The notes beneath the pieces were generated by a model that saw only the letters and a list, made by a program, of their open reading frames with translations, did not search any database and was not told where the DNA came from. DNA of 64,000 nt. Origin: a virus. Shown here piece after piece: positions 39,998 through 48,835 of the stretch (the first letter of the stretch is position 1; every line of letters starts with the position of its first letter). The stretch spans positions 9,457 through 73,456 of IMG/VR virus record IMGVR_UViG_3300042541_001664; one strand, written 5' to 3'. The position numbers were made by a program, and so were the translations under genes.

Positions 39998-40061
39998 AAT
40001 TATTGTTTAAAAAAAAATAAACTAAGATTCAGTTGTCTAATTCTTAGTTTATTTTGTTTAG

Positions 40062-40480
40062 TGGAGACGCAGGGAATTGAACCCTGGTCTTGCTCGTAAT
40101 TTAGTAAAAAGACTACATGCTTATTCCATAGATTCTGTATGGACACATAAGACAGTTCATATTTTTCCATTTGACCTGACAACTGTGGGGGGTTCACTTC
40201 CGCTATTTGCATAGACTTACAGGTAGCACCCCAAACCAAAACCTTTGACACAATAAGTAGTATCACACTATGAGGCTTCTGTTCCTGGGTTATATGCCCA
40301 CCGACCCGGGGTTGTTATGACTACTAAGCCGCAACAACAGCATCTTCACGTACTAGACCTAAAGTTGCTAAAGTTTCTAAAGTGTTGCCAGTTAAAGGCT
40401 TGAACCAGTTTTTAATGAGGTTAATTCAGCCCCAACATGCCTTCTTACCCAATCCACGCCAATCGATCCCTTTCGTCCCC
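40062..40480 (-). ncRNA. ssrA: tmRNA
   Basis: 5' GGGGACG pairs with 3' CGTCTCC-A, giving G3:U70; T-arm CAGGG-TTCAATT-CCCTG; tag frame 40389-40327 GNTLETLATLGLVREDAVVAA then TAG TAG. Confidence 0.93.
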
Positions 40481-40515
40481 TTGTCTTATAAATATCATCA
40501 TTTCTGTTGATGACA

Positions 40516-40547
40516 CAAATATAGATCCCTTTTTTTGATTTTCCAAA
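40516..40547 (-). promoter_or_regulatory. Bacteroidota-type promoter of the tmRNA
   Basis: TTTG-N20-TATATTTG. Confidence 0.7.
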
Positions 40548-40640
40548 TGGTTTTTTCATTTTCTTTTAAAAGAATTTGATTTGCTGTTTTGTGGATGGAA
40601 TAATAATATTTAGTTATATTTATATATTAAAATATGAATT

Positions 40641-41231
40641 ATGGAAAAAGAAACATTAAAAAAGATATTCAATTTTCTTGAAAAGAATGATAACAGAAAT
40701 GTACCATTTATTTGGAAATTATTAAATAATGAACCATTCACAGAAGAAGAATTAAATATTAAAGGTGATTTAAATTTATCAGAAACACCCATAGAGTCAT
40801 TACCTAATGGTTTGGTAGTTAGTGGTGATTTAATTTTATCCGAATGTGAAAGTTTACGTTCTCTACCAAAAGGATTGAAAGTTGGAGGTAGTTTGGATTT
40901 ATCATATTCATTACATTTAGACTCATTACCTAATGGTTTAGTAGTTGGTGGTGATTTAATTTTATCTGGTTGTGAAAGTTTAGATTCCCTACCAGAAGGA
41001 TTGAAAGTTGGTGGTGAATTGCATTTAGATAATAGTGATGTTTATGAATTACCAAAAGGATTAGAGATTGGTGGGGATTTAATTGTTACTAATTCAGCAT
41101 TAGAGGAATATAGTGATAAAAAGTTAAGAAAAATGATTCAACCTGGGTTTATAAAAGGTAAGATATTTTATAATAATGAGGATGCTGATAGTGATGATGA
41201 TGATTATGATGAAGAAGATGATGATGATTGA
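40641..41231 (+). CDS. LRR-like solenoid protein, paralog 3 (5 repeats, acidic tail)
   Basis: same caps and repeats; ends DDDDYDEEDDDD. Confidence 0.9.
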   Translation: MEKETLKKIFNFLEKNDNRNVPFIWKLLNNEPFTEEELNIKGDLNLSETPIESLPNGLVVSGDLILSECESLRSLPKGLKVGGSLDLSYSLHLDSLPNGLVVGGDLILSGCESLDSLPEGLKVGGELHLDNSDVYELPKGLEIGGDLIVTNSALEEYSDKKLRKMIQPGFIKGKIFYNNEDADSDDDDYDEEDDDD

Positions 41232-41248
41232 TTTAAATTAAATATATA

Positions 41249-41782
41249 ATGAAAAAAGAAACACTAAAAAAGATATTTAAATTCCTTGAAGAAAATGGTG
41301 AGCATAATGCACCACTTATGTGGAAATTACAAAACAATATACCAATAACAGAAGATGATTTGATTGTTAATGGTGATTTGAATTTAACAAAAACAGATAT
41401 TGAATCATTACCAGATGGATTGAAAGTTGAGAATAATTTAAGTTTATATGGTTGTAAAAATATACAATCATTACCAGAAGGATTAGAAGTTGGGGGGCAT
41501 TTGGATTTGGGATATTCAAATATAACATCATTACCAAAAGGGTTGAAAGTTGGTGGGAGTTTATCTTTATTTGATTGTGCAAATATAACTTCACTACCAG
41601 AAGGCTTGAAGGTTGGGCGTAATTTAGATTTAGGTTTTACAAAAATAATCTCATTACCAAGAGGGTTAAAAGTTGAGGGCTTTATAGATTTGAATGGTAC
41701 AAAATTAACAGAATACACAGATGATGAATTAAGAAAAATGATTAAACCTGGATATATAAAAGGAAGAATAATTAAAGTTTAG
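41249..41782 (+). CDS. LRR-like solenoid protein, paralog 4 (5 repeats)
   Basis: same caps and repeats. Confidence 0.9.
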   Translation: MKKETLKKIFKFLEENGEHNAPLMWKLQNNIPITEDDLIVNGDLNLTKTDIESLPDGLKVENNLSLYGCKNIQSLPEGLEVGGHLDLGYSNITSLPKGLKVGGSLSLFDCANITSLPEGLKVGRNLDLGFTKIISLPRGLKVEGFIDLNGTKLTEYTDDELRKMIKPGYIKGRIIKV

Positions 41783-41785
41783 TTA

Positions 41786-42136
41786 ATGGAAAAAGAAACA
41801 CTAAAAAAAATACTTGATTTTCTTAAACAGAATGAGAATAGAAATATTCCAATTGCTTGGAAATTAATAAATAATGAACCATTAACAGAAAAGGAATTAA
41901 CTATTGATCGTGATTTGGATTTAAAAGGTTCAACTATTAAATCCTTACCAGAATATTTAAATATTAAAGATGATTTGGATTTATCTCACACAAAAATAAC
42001 CTCATTACCAAAAGGATTAAAAGTTGGTGAAAATTTATATATTAAAAACAGCCCATTAACTAAATATTCAGATTATGAAATAATAAAAATGATTGCGCCT
42101 GGATATATTCAAGGTAAAATAGATAGAAGTTGGTAA
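41786..42136 (+). CDS. LRR-like solenoid protein, paralog 5 (2 repeats)
   Basis: same caps and repeats. Confidence 0.9.
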   Translation: MEKETLKKILDFLKQNENRNIPIAWKLINNEPLTEKELTIDRDLDLKGSTIKSLPEYLNIKDDLDLSHTKITSLPKGLKVGENLYIKNSPLTKYSDYEIIKMIAPGYIQGKIDRSW

Positions 42137-42139
42137 ATT

Positions 42140-42634
42140 ATGGAAAAAGAAACACTAAAAAAGATATTCAATTTTCTTGAAGAAAATGAAAGACATCAAA
42201 CTCCATTTTTGTGGAAATGGGTAAATAATATACCATTAACAGAAAAAGATTTAAATATTGAAGGTGAATTGGATTTAACAAACACAGATATTAAATCATT
42301 ACCAGATGGATTGAAAGTTTCTGGGGATTTGAATTTAACTGAAACAGATATGGAATCATTACCAGAAAGATTGGAAGTTGCTGGTAATTTATATTTGGAT
42401 CACAGTTTTATAAAATCATTACCAAAGGACTTGAAGGTTGGTGGGGATTTGAGTATTGAAGCCACTTACATAAAATCATTACCAAGAGGCTTACAAGTTG
42501 GTGGTGATTTATATTTGAATGATAGTTATTTGTATAAGACCACATCCCTTAATGAATTAAGGGATATTGTAAAAAAAATGGTTGAACCTGGTTTTATTAA
42601 AGGTAATGTAATTTTTGATGACTATGATGATTGA
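42140..42634 (+). CDS. LRR-like solenoid protein, paralog 6 (4 repeats)
   Basis: same caps and repeats. Confidence 0.9.
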   Translation: MEKETLKKIFNFLEENERHQTPFLWKWVNNIPLTEKDLNIEGELDLTNTDIKSLPDGLKVSGDLNLTETDMESLPERLEVAGNLYLDHSFIKSLPKDLKVGGDLSIEATYIKSLPRGLQVGGDLYLNDSYLYKTTSLNELRDIVKKMVEPGFIKGNVIFDDYDD

Positions 42635-42651
42635 TTTAAATTAAATATATA

Positions 42652-43131
42652 ATGGAAAAAGAAACACTAAAAAAGATATTTGATTTTCTTGAAGAAAATG
42701 ATAATAAAAGAAAACCACTTATGTGGAAATTAAAAAACAATATACCAATAACAGAAAAAGATGATTTGATTGTTAAAGGTAGTTTGGATTTATCTAGTTC
42801 AAACATAACCTCACTACCAAAAGGTTTGGAAGTTAAAGGTGGTTTAAGTTTATATGAATCAGAAATAATCTCCTTACCAGAAGGCTTGAAGGTTGGGGGT
42901 GATTTAGATTTAAGAAATTCATATATAGAAAGTTTACCAGAAGGATTGGAAGTTGGGGATGAATTGGATTTAGCATATACATACATAACCTCACTACCAA
43001 AAGGCTTGAAAGTTGGGAGTATTTTGATTATAATTGAGAGTGAATTATTAAAATATTCAGATAAAGAAATAAGAAAAATGATTGAACCTGGGTATATTAA
43101 AGGGAAAATAATTAGAGAATATTATAGATAA
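42652..43131 (+). CDS. LRR-like solenoid protein, paralog 7 (4 repeats)
   Basis: same caps and repeats. Confidence 0.9.
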   Translation: MEKETLKKIFDFLEENDNKRKPLMWKLKNNIPITEKDDLIVKGSLDLSSSNITSLPKGLEVKGGLSLYESEIISLPEGLKVGGDLDLRNSYIESLPEGLEVGDELDLAYTYITSLPKGLKVGSILIIIESELLKYSDKEIRKMIEPGYIKGKIIREYYR

Positions 43132-43155
43132 TTTACTATATTTACATAAAAAAAC

Positions 43156-43953
43156 ATGGACAAAGAACTTTTAAAAGAAATATTATCAATCCCCTCGTAT
43201 TCAGGCAAAGAAACAAAACTGGTTAATTTTATTACTAGTTATTTAAATATTAACGATATCAAATTCACAATAGATGAAATGAAAAACATTTATTGTGTAA
43301 AAGGTGAAGCGGAGTATTATCCTTGTGTCGTAGCACACACAGATACTGTCCATAACAACACTTTTATAGATGTTAGGACTGAACTTAAACCAAACTCCAA
43401 AAGAGTCTTAAAAGAGGCGTATAAGGGTTATGATGTAAAAGGAAACCCAACAGGAATTGGTGGTGATGATAAGGCTGGAGTATTTGCTTGTCTTACTTTA
43501 TTAAAGGAATTACCAGTAATAAAAGCGGCCTTTTTTGTTTCAGAAGAAATTGGTTGCGTGGGATCATTAAACGCTGATGCAAATTTTTTCCTAGATGTGG
43601 GTTATGCAATTCAATTTGATGCCCCCTTTGATTGGATGGTAAGTGAAATATCTTCTGGGGTTAGATTATTTGACAGAGATACTGATTTCTTCACAAAGAT
43701 AGATAAGGTATTAACTGAAAACACAAATCCCCAATATCAATCACATCCATATACTGATATATTTGCCTTAAAGAAATTATTTGATTTTAGTTGTGTTAAT
43801 ATATCAATAGGATATTATGATTATCACACAAAGGATGAATATGTTGTTTTAGAAGATGTGGAGAAAGGAATTAAAATGGGCAGAGAAATGATAGAAAGTT
43901 TAGGATACGAGAAATATTACAAAAAATATAAACCATTAAGAATATTAGGATAA
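43156..43953 (+). CDS. M20/M28 family metallopeptidase
   Basis: SYSGKE, AHTDTV, GGDDKAG, SEEIG, YHT. Confidence 0.88.
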   Translation: MDKELLKEILSIPSYSGKETKLVNFITSYLNINDIKFTIDEMKNIYCVKGEAEYYPCVVAHTDTVHNNTFIDVRTELKPNSKRVLKEAYKGYDVKGNPTGIGGDDKAGVFACLTLLKELPVIKAAFFVSEEIGCVGSLNADANFFLDVGYAIQFDAPFDWMVSEISSGVRLFDRDTDFFTKIDKVLTENTNPQYQSHPYTDIFALKKLFDFSCVNISIGYYDYHTKDEYVVLEDVEKGIKMGREMIESLGYEKYYKKYKPLRILG

Positions 43954-43957
43954 AAAG

Positions 43958-43985
43958 AAAATGGGGGTCAATGACCCCCATTTTT
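43958..43985. terminator. bidirectional intrinsic terminator
   Basis: aaaatgggggtca/tgacccccatttt. Confidence 0.8.
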
Positions 43986-43987
43986 GT

Positions 43988-45988
43988 TTAGTTTATAATA
44001 ACATTTTCATCTGCGACAGTTAAAGCGTATTTTGTATTTTCTTTAACTATATTGTTTAATACTTCATCTGATATTAAATCTTCAATTTTATCTTGTATCG
44101 CTCTTTTAATTGGTCTAGCACCGTAAGTTTCATCGAATCCAACTTTTCTAATTAAATCAATTACTTTATCATCATAAGTGAATTCATAATTCGCATCACT
44201 CAATCTTTTCATTAATTTATTTAATTCTAATTTTGTTATTTCTTTAACATTATCATCTGTTAAAGTATTGAACACGATTGTTTCATCAATACGATTTAAG
44301 AACTCTGGCGTAAAGAATTTTTTCAATTCTTTTAATAACATTTCTTTTTTAGCTTCTTCATTTCCGTATTTTGAATTACTAAAACTAATACCAGTTCCAA
44401 AATCTTGGAATTTTTTAATCCCCAAGTTTGAGGTTAATACGATGATTGTATTTTTAAAATTGACTGTTTTACCTAGGCTATCAGTTAGATGACCATCATC
44501 TAATATTTGCAATAGTAAATTAAATACATCTTTGTGAGCCTTTTCAATCTCGTCAAATAAAATGATTGAATAGGGGTTATTTTTAACTTTTTCAGTTAAC
44601 TGACCACCTTCTTCGTGTGAAACATATCCTGGGGGTGAACCAATTAGTCTTGATATGGTGTGCTTTTCTTGGTATTCACTCATATCAATTCTTATAATTG
44701 ATTTTTCATCACCAAATAATTGTTTTGCTAATTGTTTGGCTAACATAGATTTACCTACACCAGTTGAGCCTAAAAATATAAAGCTACCGATTGGTTTATT
44801 TGGATCCTTAATGTTTAATTTGTTTCTCTTTATTGATTTAACAATTGAATTTACTGCCAAATCTTGACCAATTACATTTTCTTTAAGTTTTTTATCCAAA
44901 TCTATTAATACTTTCTTGTCGTCAACAGATAGATGAGATATTGGTATATTTGAGATTAATGAAATTGTTTCATACACATCATCTAACTCGACAATTTTCT
45001 TGTTTTCTAATGTATCTTTCTCAAATTTTTTATTTTCCGCTTCTAGTTTATTAAATAACTTTAATTCCTTATCTCTTATCTCGGCAGCCAATTCATATTG
45101 TTGGTTAATAACTACTTTCGTTTTCTCCGCTTTTAGTTCATTTATTTTTTCCTTCAATTTTTTAATTGATTCTGGAATTTTAATGTCAATCTGTAATTTT
45201 GCACCAACTTCATCAATAATATCAAAAGCCTTGTCTGGGAAAGCACGATCGGTAATATACCTATCAGCAAGTTTCACACAAGCACTAATAATTTCTTTAC
45301 CATACGAAACTTTATGATGGGACTCGTATTTGTCAATTGAATTATTAACAATTTGAATGGTTTCATCCACATTAGGTTGGGTTAATTTTATCTTTTGGAA
45401 TCTTCTGGCTAATGCCCCATCTTTCTCAAAAGATTTTTTATATTCATCAGTAGTTGTTGCACCAATACATTGTATTTCACCAGATGCTAATGCTGGCTTA
45501 AATATATTAGCCCCATCCATAGCACCAGAGGAATTTCCAGACCCAATTAATGTATGTATTTCATCAATAAAAATAATAACATTTGGATTTTCGTTCAATT
45601 CTTGAATTATAACTTTTAATCTTTCTTCAAATTGTCCCCTATATTTTGTTCCAGCAACAACCGATGTTAAATCTAAATTAACAATTCTTTTATTTAATAA
45701 ATTTTGAGGACCTTCACCTCTTGAAATCATTAGGGCTACACCCTCAACCAAGTTGGTTTTACCACAACCTGGGTCACCAACAATAATCGGATTATTTTTC
45801 TTTCGCCTTGATAGGATTTGAGCTAATCTCTTAACTTCTTTATCCCTACCAATAGACATATCTAACTTATTCATCTCTGCTAATTTAGATAAATCCCTAC
45901 TAAAATTATCTAAGACAGGTGTTTTAGACCCTGAGTTAGATTTCTTACCTTTCATTGCTTTTTCATCATCAAAGAAATCAACATTCAT
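43988..45988 (-). CDS. clpC: ClpC-type AAA+ ATPase lacking the N-terminal domain
   Basis: two NBDs (GDPGCGKT / IDEIH; GSTGVGKS / FDEIEK), UVR-like M domain QQYELAAEIRDKE, IGF-like loop GISF, GARP. Confidence 0.9.
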   Translation of the reverse strand: MNVDFFDDEKAMKGKKSNSGSKTPVLDNFSRDLSKLAEMNKLDMSIGRDKEVKRLAQILSRRKKNNPIIVGDPGCGKTNLVEGVALMISRGEGPQNLLNKRIVNLDLTSVVAGTKYRGQFEERLKVIIQELNENPNVIIFIDEIHTLIGSGNSSGAMDGANIFKPALASGEIQCIGATTTDEYKKSFEKDGALARRFQKIKLTQPNVDETIQIVNNSIDKYESHHKVSYGKEIISACVKLADRYITDRAFPDKAFDIIDEVGAKLQIDIKIPESIKKLKEKINELKAEKTKVVINQQYELAAEIRDKELKLFNKLEAENKKFEKDTLENKKIVELDDVYETISLISNIPISHLSVDDKKVLIDLDKKLKENVIGQDLAVNSIVKSIKRNKLNIKDPNKPIGSFIFLGSTGVGKSMLAKQLAKQLFGDEKSIIRIDMSEYQEKHTISRLIGSPPGYVSHEEGGQLTEKVKNNPYSIILFDEIEKAHKDVFNLLLQILDDGHLTDSLGKTVNFKNTIIVLTSNLGIKKFQDFGTGISFSNSKYGNEEAKKEMLLKELKKFFTPEFLNRIDETIVFNTLTDDNVKEITKLELNKLMKRLSDANYEFTYDDKVIDLIRKVGFDETYGARPIKRAIQDKIEDLISDEVLNNIVKENTKYALTVADENVIIN

Positions 45989-46041
45989 AGCTTTTATTTT
46001 TTTATAAATATCATACAATTTTCGGACTAATCAAATATTTT

Positions 46042-46133
46042 TGACAAATTGTCATAAATATAATAAAGAATATGACAAATAGTCATACTATATGACAAAA
46101 TGTCATATAAAAATAAATTGGCATTTAATTTGA
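46042..46133. promoter_or_regulatory. three TGACA-N3-(T/A)GTCA palindromes plus a sigma-54-like element
   Basis: 46042-46054, 46073-46085, 46093-46105; TGGCAT-N5-TTGA at 46119-46133. Confidence 0.7.
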
Positions 46134-46174
46134 CTTTATGAAAAAAAAAATAAACATTTATAAAAATTAAAATT

Positions 46175-46588
46175 ATGAAAGACAGAGATTATTTAGCAGA
46201 GTTATTATTTGGATTATCAAATCCATTTGCCCCATCAAGTTCGTTTGGGTTTACATCAGATTCCACTTATGGACCTTATGGGGTTAAACATAATACCTAT
46301 GATAGCGAATATGATATTGAATTAACTAAGGATGGCGCATACATATCCTTTGAAGTCCCCGGATTTACCAAAGATAACTTAGAAATATCTATAGAAGATA
46401 GAGTTATTATAATTAAAGGTGAAAGAATTATCAACAAGAAAGGTGTTGTTAAAAATATACTTCACAATTATAAAGTTGATAGTAACTTTAATGAATCAAA
46501 TATTGAAGCTACGGTATCAAATGGTATTTTAACATTATTTTTACCAAATTATATCGCTAAATCTAAAAAAACAATAACAATTAACTAA
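46175..46588 (+). CDS. Hsp20 / alpha-crystallin small heat-shock protein
   Basis: EVPGFTKDNLEI, IKGER, IEATVSNGILTL. Confidence 0.92.
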   Translation: MKDRDYLAELLFGLSNPFAPSSSFGFTSDSTYGPYGVKHNTYDSEYDIELTKDGAYISFEVPGFTKDNLEISIEDRVIIIKGERIINKKGVVKNILHNYKVDSNFNESNIEATVSNGILTLFLPNYIAKSKKTITIN

Positions 46589-47020
46589 ATGACAAAAGTA
46601 AAAATTGACACAGCAAAAGGAGTTATGATTGCTGAATTGTATGACAACGAAACTCCAATTACAGTTGATAATTTCAAAAAATTAATCAGCGAAGGCTTTT
46701 ATAATGGATTAAATTTCCATAGGGTTATTCCCAACTTTATGATGCAAGCAGGTTGTCCAAATGGAGTTGGAACTGGTGGCCCAGGATATACCATTAAATG
46801 TGAGGTTAATGCTGATAAGCAACACCACGATAGGGGGGTATTGAGTATGGCTCATGCTGGTAGGGATACTGGGGGATCACAATTCTTCATATGTTATAAT
46901 AGGCAAGGTGTTGCTCATTTGGATGGAAATCATACATGCTTTGGTAAAGTTGTTGATGGGTTGGATGTAATTGATTCAATTAGCCAAGGTGATTTAATAA
47001 ATAGTATTTCAATAATTTAA
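46589..47020 (+). CDS. cyclophilin-type peptidyl-prolyl isomerase
   Basis: FHRVIPNFMMQAG, SMAHAGRDTGGSQFFI, HLDGNHTCFGKV. Confidence 0.96.
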   Translation: MTKVKIDTAKGVMIAELYDNETPITVDNFKKLISEGFYNGLNFHRVIPNFMMQAGCPNGVGTGGPGYTIKCEVNADKQHHDRGVLSMAHAGRDTGGSQFFICYNRQGVAHLDGNHTCFGKVVDGLDVIDSISQGDLINSISII

Positions 47021-47024
47021 AAAT

Positions 47025-47489
47025 ATGAAAAATTTTATATTATTTTTGGGTTTAATATCCATTTTTTCTTGTGAAAAAGAAGTTGTGCAAACAAAAGATG
47101 TTGTGAATGCAAAACAAATAAATGCTGTTATTTTAACAATTGATTCTATAACAAAATATTCTAGCATAAATGAAGATTGGTTTTCAATTGCCTCAAATAA
47201 ATCTTATAATGTTTCAACTAAATTTTTTAATAATGATTCATTGGGTAATATCACCAACTTAACAAATATGATAATTGATAGTAATTATAGTGTTGAATAT
47301 AAATTATATCCATCAACCAAAAGTAATATAACTATTCTGGATAAGAATAAAACTGGGAATAATTTGGGATTACTTTTCAATATAAAGACAACAACACCTG
47401 AATTTGGTTTTATGGATGTTAAAGTTTATAACAATAACTGTGAATCTATTTTCAAATATCAATATTCATTTATTGTAGCAACACCTTAA
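47025..47489 (+). CDS. putative lipoprotein
   Basis: MKNFILFLGLISIFS-C lipobox. Confidence 0.75.
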   Translation: MKNFILFLGLISIFSCEKEVVQTKDVVNAKQINAVILTIDSITKYSSINEDWFSIASNKSYNVSTKFFNNDSLGNITNLTNMIIDSNYSVEYKLYPSTKSNITILDKNKTGNNLGLLFNIKTTTPEFGFMDVKVYNNNCESIFKYQYSFIVATP

Positions 47490-47516
47490 TATTATTTAAG
47501 TGTATTTTTCCATTAC

Positions 47517-47549
47517 ACCCCCATTCTTAATTAGTCTGGGGGTTTTTTT
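47517..47549 (+). terminator. intrinsic terminator, copy of 52603..52634
   Basis: acccccattcttaattagtctgggggttttttt. Confidence 0.75.
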
Positions 47550-47582
47550 ATTTTGTTATATTTATATATAAAATATCAAATC

Positions 47583-47825
47583 ATGGGAATCACAAAAGAA
47601 ATTATAAGTGGGACTAAAATTATTAACGAAATTAAATCTAGTAACATTAAGAAAAGCGAATATGACTTAAATACGAAAAAGTTATTGATTACATTCAATA
47701 ATGATATTATGTATGAGTATGACGATGTTCCACATAAATTATATACTCAATTTAGATTATCAGAATCTCAGGGTAAATTCTTTAGCACAAATATTGCTAA
47801 AAATTTTAAATATGTTAAAAAATGA
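47583..47825 (+). CDS. KTSC domain protein
   Basis: SSNIKKSEYD...LLITFNN..YEY..VP...SESQGKFF. Confidence 0.88.
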   Translation: MGITKEIISGTKIINEIKSSNIKKSEYDLNTKKLLITFNNDIMYEYDDVPHKLYTQFRLSESQGKFFSTNIAKNFKYVKK

Positions 47826-48565
47826 AAGATAATATAATTCAAAGTTTTGTAGTTAAAGACACCTTGAACCCCAAGGTTTGGGAATCACCAAATGATATAA
47901 AGAAAGCAAAAATTAAATCTGAAATTAAAAAGGGTTTATTAGATATTGCAAAAGAATTTATTGAATTTCTGGATGAGGAAGTCTTTATTGAGGACATAAT
48001 TCTTACTGGTTCATTATCAAATTATAATTGGTCGGAATATTCAGATTTTGATTTACATATTATTATTGATTTGGAACAATTTGATGACGAAGGAGAAGTA
48101 TATTTAAAATTATTTTCAGCAAAGAAATTAATATTTAATGATAAACACAATTTAACCATAAAAGGCTATGATGTTGAGGTTTATCCCCAAGATTCAAAAG
48201 AGAAACACACAGCAGAAGGGCAATATTCATTAATGAATAGTGAGTGGTTGGTTGTCCCCAAGAAAGAGAAACCCCCAATCAACAAGCCAAAATTAAAATT
48301 AAAAATTGACCATTGGGTTGAAGTTGTTAAAAAGACATTAATGACAGCTGATAAAGCATCATTAAAAGTTGCCAAAGAGAAAATGACCAAATTAAGTGAT
48401 AAATTAAGAAAATTCAGAAAACGAGGTTTGGAAACTGGGGGCGAATTTTCAAATGAAAATTTGGTATATAAATATTTAAGAAGGTCTGGGTTATTGGATA
48501 AAATATTTAATTATCAATATAAGAAGAGAACCAAAGAATTATCTATTGAGAATGAAATTTATTAA
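47822..48565 (+). CDS. Pol-beta superfamily nucleotidyltransferase
   Basis: TGSLSNYNWSEYSDFDLH (GS...DxD), YDVEVY. Confidence 0.8.
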   Translation: MKDNIIQSFVVKDTLNPKVWESPNDIKKAKIKSEIKKGLLDIAKEFIEFLDEEVFIEDIILTGSLSNYNWSEYSDFDLHIIIDLEQFDDEGEVYLKLFSAKKLIFNDKHNLTIKGYDVEVYPQDSKEKHTAEGQYSLMNSEWLVVPKKEKPPINKPKLKLKIDHWVEVVKKTLMTADKASLKVAKEKMTKLSDKLRKFRKRGLETGGEFSNENLVYKYLRRSGLLDKIFNYQYKKRTKELSIENEIY

Positions 48566-48629
48566 ATTTTATTTTTGCTATACTAATAATTAATATATTT
48601 GATATATTTATATATAAAAATAAAATAAA

Positions 48630-48824
48630 ATGGCTATACTAAGTGCTAATACTTTTTATGAATATACCAAAGGTATGTTGGGGTTTTTTAACGGGCAACC
48701 TTTAACTGGAACAACACAAGTTCCCCATCCAGAAACAACTATTCGCAATTTAACTGGGGGTACTGATACAGTTATTGAATTATCTGCCGTAAAATTAGGT
48801 GGAATTAATGGATTAAATAATTAA
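48630..48824 (+). CDS. small putative virion protein
   Basis: 64 aa; ATATTTAT upstream. Confidence 0.65.
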   Translation: MAILSANTFYEYTKGMLGFFNGQPLTGTTQVPHPETTIRNLTGGTDTVIELSAVKLGGINGLNN

Positions 48825-48835
48825 AAAAAAATAAA

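Noticed and set aside
40000-40266. 88-aa ORF
   Set aside because: Overlaps the 3' half of the tmRNA.
40641-43131. Diversity-generating retroelement as the source of LRR variation
   Set aside because: No reverse transcriptase or non-coding template repeat in the window, and the differences are not confined to adenines.
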